Shown piece by piece: positions 38,793 through 46,375 of a stretch of DNA of 64,000 nucleotides. The translations under genes were made by a program, and so were the position numbers. Position 1 is the stretch's first letter. Every line of letters begins with the position of its first letter. Where the stretch lies: the IMG/VR virus record IMGVR_UViG_3300023174_000117, positions 1 through 64,000 of that record, one strand, 5' to 3'. Source of the stretch: a virus. The notes under the pieces are model-generated. The model was not told the DNA's origin. It did not search any database and worked only from the letters and a program-made list of their open reading frames with translations.

Positions 38793-41090
38793 TTAATTAA
38801 AAAACTGATTAATTGTCTGCTTAATTAGATCTGAAACTTCGGTTTTATTTTGAGCTTCTGCCACCTTCAATAGTTTGTTTAAATAAGCGTGGGTTTCTGC
38901 ATATTTTGACCGAAAATTGCCACTAGGTGTACTGAGAGCGACAGCCTCAGACTTAACCTGTTGCTCTAAACCATTCTCCACTAATCCGCCGTCGCCCATG
39001 GCTTCTGCTAGATAGGTAGATTTTGGATGGGCTTCTAAAAGTAAATCGTATCCGGTTTCCTCTTGAAATCCATACAGATCTTTTAGGTCTGTCTTTTGAG
39101 CTTTTGGCTTCTCACTATACATACTATCTAAGCCTGCATAATAAGATTTTGTTAATTTATCCTTAAGGTCCTTTACGGCATCCTCGTGGTAAGTTATTCT
39201 GTCTTTTGACAAGGCGAGCTTGTTCATAGTTGAACTCTTTTTATTAATAGAATCTGAAAAATTATTTTGATAATCTGAAGATTTACTCATGCTAAGACCA
39301 TCATCAGAAAGCGATTCAGAAGAAGAGCCTCCGCCTCCTTTATACTTTTTAATTAATTTTTCAAATGCCTTTTGTTCAGGTTCATTCTTAAAAAGTTTTC
39401 TTAATGGGCTGAGTCCTGAATTTATAGACTTAATGATGTCTCTTTTAAGATCTCCCTCATTTTTTATTCCATTGTTGTAGCAATATTTTATTGCTGCAGC
39501 AATTCTTCCGTTACCATTGAGTGGTTTTCCTACGGCATTGGGGACTAATCCGGACCCATCTGGATCTACGAACGCTGTAAAAGTTGGAGAAGAAAAGAAC
39601 GGATTTCTGCCGTCCTGAAAGAAAAGTATAAATTTGGGTGGGATAGAGGGTTTCTTAGTAGTTATATCAACAGTATGTGTCGAACCATCAGAAAGAGTTA
39701 CTGTTCCAGAGATGGCATTTCCGGAAGAGGTTCCAGAACCATCAGAATAAGGTTGTCCGCCGCTTGAACGACCTCCTCTTTCCACTGCTTCGGTTGCAAG
39801 ATTCATAATAATTGATTTTGCTGCATTAAAGTTTGTTACTATGCAAGAAAATGCTTCTGAGACGGTGACGGAGAAGCCACCGTTTATCTCTTCCGGATTT
39901 GCCTGAAGATGGTTTGCAAACTCAAAAATAGATCCGCTACCAGTTCCGCCAACCTTATCTATAAGCTCCCCATAATTTCTAACAAATTCTTCTGTAACAC
40001 TTCCTGATGTCATGGAGCTCATTTGATTTATTTTCTGGAGATCCGATGACAATGCCATCTTTAAGGACTCTGCCCTTGTTCCTGAAATGGTGTCGATTGA
40101 ATCGAGACAGCCCTGTGATTGAACGAGGTACGAGGATATCTTCTCTCTCTTTGATTGTGTTGCGGAACTAAAGTAATAATAAATTGCCCCTATGGATCCG
40201 AGAAATAGGGTTGTTGAAAATATTGCTTTCATAGAGCTGATTGTAAACAGATCTCTAAATGCCTTGCTTAAATCACTACGAGCCAACTCTCTATCTTGTT
40301 TGATTTTCTTGAGTAATTCGGCTTCCTTAGCTTCCTGAGTTAACTTTTGTATTCTTTTTTGCGCTTCCAAAGCTTCGGGAGTTAGCTTTCCATCAGCTCC
40401 GGTCTCTTGCGCTTTGGGCTTAAGATCGTCTATCTCTTTTTGTCTTGCCGCAGCCTGCGCTTCTGCTTCGGCCTCTGCCTTTGTCGTAGTCTGCGCAGCA
40501 TCGGCTCCTGGCTCAGCGACAGTACGGGTGGGAGGTGTTACAGATGGGGTGGGTGCTCCGGCTGCCGAATCAGCTTCGCTCTTTATTATTTTTGAAAGAT
40601 CAGGATCTGCAAAAAACCTATAGGCCCTCTCTATCTTTCCTACTTTTTCTGGAGTAAGTACGTTGGATATATTACCTACATCGCTCTTCATTATATTTTG
40701 AAGATCGATGTATTCGCCTATAGCATCTCCAGCAGAGCCAAAACTATATTTCGAACTCGCAAGTTGGTTGAGTTTTTCTACGACTTCGGTACTTGATCCA
40801 TCTACACCTTTAAGGCTTTCGAGGCCGGGCTTTATAGATGCTTGTGTTGCTTTATCCGACAAGAAATTTACAAAGTTTCTGTATGGCGGCAGCCTTGTCG
40901 TATTAAAAACAGCTTTTTCTGCTGGCGTTAAGACGCTCCAATCTTTTGCAAATATTTTTGCAAATTCTTCAATAAAATCAAAAATAGCACTCGCTTCACC
41001 AGCACTCTTAGCAAATCCTTGACGAGTTCTCTCACTCATTTTTTTCACAAAGATATTGAAAACTTCGGAATGATTAGTTTTGGTTATCAT
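38793..41090 (-). CDS. Hypothetical head-associated protein with one hydrophobic segment
   Basis: 765 aa with several K-x-A motifs. TM-like IFSTTLFLGSIGAIYYYF. Confidence 0.6.
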   Translation of the reverse strand: MITKTNHSEVFNIFVKKMSERTRQGFAKSAGEASAIFDFIEEFAKIFAKDWSVLTPAEKAVFNTTRLPPYRNFVNFLSDKATQASIKPGLESLKGVDGSSTEVVEKLNQLASSKYSFGSAGDAIGEYIDLQNIMKSDVGNISNVLTPEKVGKIERAYRFFADPDLSKIIKSEADSAAGAPTPSVTPPTRTVAEPGADAAQTTTKAEAEAEAQAAARQKEIDDLKPKAQETGADGKLTPEALEAQKRIQKLTQEAKEAELLKKIKQDRELARSDLSKAFRDLFTISSMKAIFSTTLFLGSIGAIYYYFSSATQSKREKISSYLVQSQGCLDSIDTISGTRAESLKMALSSDLQKINQMSSMTSGSVTEEFVRNYGELIDKVGGTGSGSIFEFANHLQANPEEINGGFSVTVSEAFSCIVTNFNAAKSIIMNLATEAVERGGRSSGGQPYSDGSGTSSGNAISGTVTLSDGSTHTVDITTKKPSIPPKFILFFQDGRNPFFSSPTFTAFVDPDGSGLVPNAVGKPLNGNGRIAAAIKYCYNNGIKNEGDLKRDIIKSINSGLSPLRKLFKNEPEQKAFEKLIKKYKGGGGSSSESLSDDGLSMSKSSDYQNNFSDSINKKSSTMNKLALSKDRITYHEDAVKDLKDKLTKSYYAGLDSMYSEKPKAQKTDLKDLYGFQEETGYDLLLEAHPKSTYLAEAMGDGGLVENGLEQQVKSEAVALSTPSGNFRSKYAETHAYLNKLLKVAEAQNKTEVSDLIKQTINQFFN

Positions 41091-41548
41091 TATTCTTCGT
41101 CCAAAATTTCTTGAATGGTTCTTTCGATTTGATACGCTAATTTGATATTTCCGGATATTGCGGCATCATAAGCCAAGGTTCTTAGCTCGTCCAATACCTG
41201 ATCTTTTGCATCATCCTCTTCCCAATCTGCAGTGGGATTTGGACCAAAATTGCCCGCATACGGATTGTCTTTGTGAGCCATCAGAAAATCTTCTTGAGTG
41301 GACTCTCCGTCATCAGCGGAGGAAGTTAGTCCAGAATTTTTTATTGCTTTGCTTGCCTCATTTACGGCATTGGTGAGATCCTGAACCTGCTTTGTTTTTT
41401 CAACAAGACCTGATTGAGCACTTTTATTTATAGCATAATTTCCAGAAGAAAGTTTCTGAATATTATTTAAGATTGTCTTTTCAAATTCTGAAAAAACTTC
41501 GCTATTTTCCCAGGCTCTTCTATCTTCCTTGGCCCAAAATTTAGACAT
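41090..41548 (-). CDS. Hypothetical head-associated protein
   Basis: 152 aa, GGAG RBS, INKSAQ motif. Confidence 0.6.
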   Translation of the reverse strand: MSKFWAKEDRRAWENSEVFSEFEKTILNNIQKLSSGNYAINKSAQSGLVEKTKQVQDLTNAVNEASKAIKNSGLTSSADDGESTQEDFLMAHKDNPYAGNFGPNPTADWEEDDAKDQVLDELRTLAYDAAISGNIKLAYQIERTIQEILDEE

Positions 41549-41610
41549 AAAAACTCCGTATCCAATTTACTAAAAAAATAATAGTAGTTTCAAAGATGAA
41601 GAAAAATAGG

Positions 41611-42309
41611 TTATAGTAAGAGAAATTCTAAACTTCCTATTGTTGCTGATGGTGGACCAGTACAAATTGCAACGCCGGGATGATTTTCGGTTGGTTGTTT
41701 TGATGTTAACATTCCATCAAGACCGATGTATAGCGTTGCATTGAGTGGATAAATTTGAGTTGTATCAAACTGGTCTGATGCGTAGATACCTCTTTGATAA
41801 TGAATTGTAACTCTTCCAGATGATATCGTGCTATCGTCGCCTGGTTTTGTTGCGACTCTATAAATATAATTTACAACAACCTTGTAACCATCAAACGCAC
41901 CGTCTCCATCATAATCATGATTTAATGGCGTTCCGGCCGGGACCGAAATAATTCCGTTGACATAATTTAAGAAGACGGATACGCTGGAGGTAAAGCTTGA
42001 TTGAATAATATGCGGATGTTCTAGGGGAGAATTTACATCGGTTATATTTACCCTGTTTCCATTTTCATCTATAGCAATGTTATTATCAGCAACTTCAATT
42101 TGAACAATCTCATCTATCTGGGCTTTTGTAAAAGAAGTGGTCCTTACATCATCAATAATTCCTAGTGGCGCAGTTCCATCCGACACACCAGCCACTATAT
42201 CATTTCCAATTAGTTTTAGTTGAGCAAACATACCTGGTTGAAATTCCGCAGTGGGATCAACAGGTAAGCTCATAGGCATTGCGTTACCGGAGTGAATTAC
42301 TTTTAACAT
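41611..42309 (-). CDS. Second capsid cement-like protein (paralog of 38150..38776)
   Basis: Shares pattern with 38150..38776: LK.lH.G..P, lG.lD(D/E), SG+.T.....G.Y, N..LY...G.L(T/S). Confidence 0.55.
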   Translation of the reverse strand: MLKVIHSGNAMPMSLPVDPTAEFQPGMFAQLKLIGNDIVAGVSDGTAPLGIIDDVRTTSFTKAQIDEIVQIEVADNNIAIDENGNRVNITDVNSPLEHPHIIQSSFTSSVSVFLNYVNGIISVPAGTPLNHDYDGDGAFDGYKVVVNYIYRVATKPGDDSTISSGRVTIHYQRGIYASDQFDTTQIYPLNATLYIGLDGMLTSKQPTENHPGVAICTGPPSATIGSLEFLLL

Positions 42310-42326
42310 GAGTCCTCTTCTTAATA

Positions 42327-42368
42327 ATAAAAAATAATAAAGGGGAGAAAAATCTCCCCTTTATTATA
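42327..42368 (-). terminator. Intrinsic terminator
   Basis: ATAATAAAGGGGAGA/TCTCCCCTTTATTAT stem followed by a T-tract. Confidence 0.8.
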
Positions 42369-42386
42369 CTCATCGGGAAACTTTTA

Positions 42387-43010
42387 TCATCTATTGATCT
42401 TAGTTATAGCATCCCTTACCAAAGAAGCAGCCTTGAGGTCTCCAGAATCAATTAGATCTGAAGCCATCTTAACTAATTCACGAACAACGTTCTTGCGAGA
42501 AGCGGCCTGCTTAACGATATCAGTTCTGATCTCTGAAGCAGTGACTCTCACTAGATCTGCGGCAAATCCCTCGCCCTTGGCTCTTAGACTTGCCTCAATC
42601 TTTCCTAGACCCTTCATTAGATATACATCTCTTTCGGAGGCTTCAGCATAATGAGATAGAGAGTCATCGGAGTCGTTCATAAGATCGTCATCCATATAGT
42701 CTGCCATGGAATTCATATGTCCGTCTAAAGAGTCGTCATCAGCATCAGATGACTCATCAGATAGAAGGAAGTCAGAAGAATCCCAAGACTCGTCTGAGGA
42801 ATCAGAAGAATCATCTGATAGATCCTCGTTTGAATCTAGAGCAGAATCATCCATATGATGCATCATTTTGTCAGAAGCATCGTCATCAACATGATGGACC
42901 TTCTTATCAGAAGCATCGTCATCAGCATCCATATGCTCTGGATGTGAGGCGGACTTAATTAGTTTTAACATTTCCTGGGCGATAGTGTCGCCAGCGTATT
43001 TATTAAACAT
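42387..43010 (-). CDS. Acidic Asp/Ser/His-rich head protein
   Basis: 207 aa with DDDASDK repeats (18-bp direct repeat at 42871-88 and 42907-24). K-x-A motifs at both ends. GGAG RBS. Confidence 0.65.
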   Translation of the reverse strand: MFNKYAGDTIAQEMLKLIKSASHPEHMDADDDASDKKVHHVDDDASDKMMHHMDDSALDSNEDLSDDSSDSSDESWDSSDFLLSDESSDADDDSLDGHMNSMADYMDDDLMNDSDDSLSHYAEASERDVYLMKGLGKIEASLRAKGEGFAADLVRVTASEIRTDIVKQAASRKNVVRELVKMASDLIDSGDLKAASLVRDAITKINR

Positions 43011-43020
43011 AATTATCTCC

Positions 43021-44943
43021 TTATTCCCAGAGCATCTTTAGGATGTCGGAAGATGACTTGGATGGTGATTGCTCAGAGGACTCAACACCAACATTAACTC
43101 CACCAAGATCTGTTGCAATCTTTACGGAAGAAATAGACTTTGCGTTAGCTACGCTTCTCTTGAAAGCTTCGAAAGCACGGTCATCGAAGTCCATGATGTC
43201 ATCGACCTGCTTGTCTAGAGCAGTCTTGCTCATGCCAATTAGGCCTTTCTTCTGCATTTCAAGGGCGACGTCAAAAGCTCTGCGGAGCTTTAGCTTGTAG
43301 ACTTCGCGGTCCTGATCAGCCTTCTTTGTGGAGAATGCCTCGGAAACAATTTCCTTTAGAGAGGCGGTCTTCTTCTCTTTTGCGTCATCAGACTTCTCTT
43401 CTTTGGGCTCTTCCTTCTTCGAAGCCTTTTCGGACTTCTTTGGCTCCTCGTCCTTCATCTTCTTTGATTTTGGAGCCTCTTCCTCCTCTTCGGCCTTACC
43501 CTTAGCCTTAGATGGCTTTGCTGGGGCCGACTTTGCAGCAGGAGCCTTCTTCTTTGCAGCCTGAACAAGAATCTCTTCTCTTCTTGCTCTTCTTAGATCC
43601 ATGGCCATAGAGATTAGGTCTTGAACTTCATCATCGGAGTCGTCAGCCTGACCAATTATGTCGTGCATGTCGTGAGACATGTCGCCAACTTCGGAGCTCA
43701 TGTCGGAAGAATCGTCAGCCATGGTCTGATAGTCTTCTGCATAAACGACCTTTGCGGTTTTGGTCATAACCTGAGAAAGGGAGGATGCCATCTTGGTTAG
43801 TGCTGAGGTCTGACCGAGAGCTCTATCTGCATCTCTTAGTGAGTCACGAGCAATCTTATTGAGATCTGCAACGTTCTCAGAGGATAGTCTATGAGCATTC
43901 TCATAGGTCTCTGCGATCATGGCTAGCTCGTCAGCAGATTCATCCAACTCTGCAAGAGCAACCTTAAGCTGCTGAGAAATCTCTCTAGAGAGCTTGACTT
44001 CCTCACCACCAGACTCAACGTCTGCAGCGCCCTGGTCTGCATCAATATTGACAGTTACCTTGCCGCCGCCCTCAATCTTGCCGAGTGCATCTCTAGCCTT
44101 GGCGACTGCCTCTTCGATTGAAACGAGAGCGTCCTCAACAGTCTTCTTAGGGGAGTCATCGCCCTCATCAGACATCTCGGGAGCTTCACCGGCAGGAGGA
44201 GCCATTGGTGGCATTGGTGGCATTGGAGGAGCGGGTGGTGCGCCAGCCTCTGGACCCATTGGGGGTGCTGGTGGCATCTCCTGTGCGCCCTTTAGAAGCA
44301 TAGTTACGTGATCTAGGCCGCTAGCTCTGATCTGCTTGCAGACTTCCTGACCATACTCCTTGCTGGTGAACCAATCCCAATTCTGGGATAGCTCGTCACC
44401 GAAGATTTCGGAGCCAGTTGCGGCGATAACACGCTTATCGCCAGCAAAAACCTCAAATACTGCGGCAGACTTGTTGATCTGACCGGATGGGGCTGGGGCC
44501 CAGCTTAGCTTGGTGGAGAGGGCTGGACCTTCATAAGAAGCTCTCTTCATCTTCTCTTTTAGCTGCTGATCGCCGGGGAACATACCCTTGTCACCACCCA
44601 TCTTGCCATCCTGATGCATCTGCTTGTCTTCATCGAATGGGAAGGGCTCAGACTTAAAGGTTTTTGGCTCAGCACCCTCAGAGGCGCCCTGGAAGTAAGC
44701 AAGACGGCGAAGTCTTCTTTCCTCAAGCTGGGCTCTGCTGAGCTTCTGCTTGATGTCCTGGTCTCCTGGGAAGCTGCCTTCGGCGCCGCCCATCTTACCA
44801 TCCTGATGCATCTGCTTGTCTGCCTCGAAAGAGAAGGTCTCTTTCTTGAAGGTTGCTGGCTCAACGGCCTTATCAGAACCACCCTGGTGATAAGCTAACT
44901 TTCTTCTTAGCTCAGCACGCTTTCTTAAACTAGACTCACTCAT
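43021..44943 (-). CDS. Nested in-frame scaffold protein (internal start)
   Basis: Internal GGAGG-ATATA-ATG at 44943. Codon style switches to the capsid-gene type from this point. 640 aa. Confidence 0.65.
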   Translation of the reverse strand: MSESSLRKRAELRRKLAYHQGGSDKAVEPATFKKETFSFEADKQMHQDGKMGGAEGSFPGDQDIKQKLSRAQLEERRLRRLAYFQGASEGAEPKTFKSEPFPFDEDKQMHQDGKMGGDKGMFPGDQQLKEKMKRASYEGPALSTKLSWAPAPSGQINKSAAVFEVFAGDKRVIAATGSEIFGDELSQNWDWFTSKEYGQEVCKQIRASGLDHVTMLLKGAQEMPPAPPMGPEAGAPPAPPMPPMPPMAPPAGEAPEMSDEGDDSPKKTVEDALVSIEEAVAKARDALGKIEGGGKVTVNIDADQGAADVESGGEEVKLSREISQQLKVALAELDESADELAMIAETYENAHRLSSENVADLNKIARDSLRDADRALGQTSALTKMASSLSQVMTKTAKVVYAEDYQTMADDSSDMSSEVGDMSHDMHDIIGQADDSDDEVQDLISMAMDLRRARREEILVQAAKKKAPAAKSAPAKPSKAKGKAEEEEEAPKSKKMKDEEPKKSEKASKKEEPKEEKSDDAKEKKTASLKEIVSEAFSTKKADQDREVYKLKLRRAFDVALEMQKKGLIGMSKTALDKQVDDIMDFDDRAFEAFKRSVANAKSISSVKIATDLGGVNVGVESSEQSPSKSSSDILKMLWE

Positions 44944-46152
44944 TATATCCTCCAAAACTGACGATAACATTGATTTGTTAAAATGATCATTTTCTTCTTC
45001 TGCTGCAAACTTAGATACTGACGCTTTTTTTGCATCCCAAGTATTATCTGGAATCACTCCTCCAGCCTGAAATTCATTTGAATCGCTAGGTGAAGCAATT
45101 AGTGAGCCAGAAGCGCCAGTATAGTCTTTAACGTCAAAATCATCAGATCCTACCAAGCCAGTTATTGGATTTGTAGTTTGTCCTGATGTAAAATTTTCCA
45201 TATTCTGTGGGGAGCCCTGTACAACTGGGGCGTCTGTGGATGCAACTTTTAATAAATTATTCTTGGTTAAGAAACTTGTGATGATTTTCTTTCTCTCTGT
45301 TATGGAGCAACCTTCATCACCACAAGCTGTCTTGACTATCGTGTTTAGATGCTGAGCTTGCTCTGAAGATAGGCTGCCCAACATTTCTTCGAAATTATCT
45401 ACACCATAGTTTACGAATTCATCACGATAGCTTTTTAGCGATGCTATACACTTCAATAGGACCGCACCAGCTTCCGCAGGCTGAACAACAAGAGAGTATT
45501 CAATTGGCTTCAATCCAACGTTTATTTCGCCCCAAGCAGATCTCTTTGTGACATGATCACAATATTCTTTTGCGGTCTTTGCTTTATTTCCACATTCGGA
45601 GCAAACAGATACTTCTACTGCGGTTCCCATCGAACCATATCTTACTATACCTGTCTCAACTTTCTTTGCCAAATCAGCATAATTTATGCGATCTAGAGCG
45701 CAGAGGCCAACGACCTGTTTTAGCTTTTCGTCGTAATGAGTATCTAGAATAATTCCTCTTATACCATCAACAGAATCTGAGATATGATCCTTGCATAGAG
45801 GTTTTCCAATCCAATCTCTTGCGGCTTTTTTAAGCTCTGCTTCGGGGAAAATATCGGAATTGCTGTTTTTGTGTGGGCGAACGTTACCGTGCCATCTCCA
45901 GTTGTCATCAAAGTATCCCCAAGCTCTTTCTCTTCCAACCTTCTTGAGATCTCCCTTTTCATCTATAAGGGCTGACTCGGCGGCCTTAATGAATATAATA
46001 GAGAAATAAAGAAAGTCATCTGACTTTGGGGCTATAGACTTAATTTCGTGAGCAAGCTTCGTCATGCGATCCACAATGACTGGATCAGCAAGAACTGCTT
46101 CGCTACTTAAAGGAGTGATCTCCGAGGAACTGTATCCTACTTTTTTAAACAT
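43021..46152 (-). CDS. Prohead maturation protease (HK97/assemblin-type, clan SH) fused to scaffold
   Basis: N-terminal ~300 aa has N.D.F, KPLCKDH (His), GSMG (Ser), a CxxC...CDH Zn insert and EYSLVVQPA. Charged helical C-terminal region. Confidence 0.8.
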   Translation of the reverse strand: MFKKVGYSSSEITPLSSEAVLADPVIVDRMTKLAHEIKSIAPKSDDFLYFSIIFIKAAESALIDEKGDLKKVGRERAWGYFDDNWRWHGNVRPHKNSNSDIFPEAELKKAARDWIGKPLCKDHISDSVDGIRGIILDTHYDEKLKQVVGLCALDRINYADLAKKVETGIVRYGSMGTAVEVSVCSECGNKAKTAKEYCDHVTKRSAWGEINVGLKPIEYSLVVQPAEAGAVLLKCIASLKSYRDEFVNYGVDNFEEMLGSLSSEQAQHLNTIVKTACGDEGCSITERKKIITSFLTKNNLLKVASTDAPVVQGSPQNMENFTSGQTTNPITGLVGSDDFDVKDYTGASGSLIASPSDSNEFQAGGVIPDNTWDAKKASVSKFAAEEENDHFNKSMLSSVLEDIMSESSLRKRAELRRKLAYHQGGSDKAVEPATFKKETFSFEADKQMHQDGKMGGAEGSFPGDQDIKQKLSRAQLEERRLRRLAYFQGASEGAEPKTFKSEPFPFDEDKQMHQDGKMGGDKGMFPGDQQLKEKMKRASYEGPALSTKLSWAPAPSGQINKSAAVFEVFAGDKRVIAATGSEIFGDELSQNWDWFTSKEYGQEVCKQIRASGLDHVTMLLKGAQEMPPAPPMGPEAGAPPAPPMPPMPPMAPPAGEAPEMSDEGDDSPKKTVEDALVSIEEAVAKARDALGKIEGGGKVTVNIDADQGAADVESGGEEVKLSREISQQLKVALAELDESADELAMIAETYENAHRLSSENVADLNKIARDSLRDADRALGQTSALTKMASSLSQVMTKTAKVVYAEDYQTMADDSSDMSSEVGDMSHDMHDIIGQADDSDDEVQDLISMAMDLRRARREEILVQAAKKKAPAAKSAPAKPSKAKGKAEEEEEAPKSKKMKDEEPKKSEKASKKEEPKEEKSDDAKEKKTASLKEIVSEAFSTKKADQDREVYKLKLRRAFDVALEMQKKGLIGMSKTALDKQVDDIMDFDDRAFEAFKRSVANAKSISSVKIATDLGGVNVGVESSEQSPSKSSSDILKMLWE

Positions 46153-46176
46153 TAAAATTCCCTGTTATTTTACAAA

Positions 46177-46368
46177 CTATTCTTCTAAATTAGTTGAAAA
46201 TTTTTTTTGTGTAAAAAAATCACTTGATTTTTTATAATCAGGATTTTCTGAACATCTGCAGACGCTTCTATCGTTTATTATCAGTAACTTATTACCGCAA
46301 TTCTCGCAAACTTCTGAGGAATCTTCAACGGAAGTAGAGTTTGTTGTATCTCCGTATTTCAAAAACAT
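46177..46368 (-). CDS. Small Zn-ribbon protein
   Basis: 63 aa, CENCG...CRC, AGGTGA RBS. Confidence 0.5.
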   Translation of the reverse strand: MFLKYGDTTNSTSVEDSSEVCENCGNKLLIINDRSVCRCSENPDYKKSSDFFTQKKFSTNLEE

Positions 46369-46375
46369 TGGTCAC

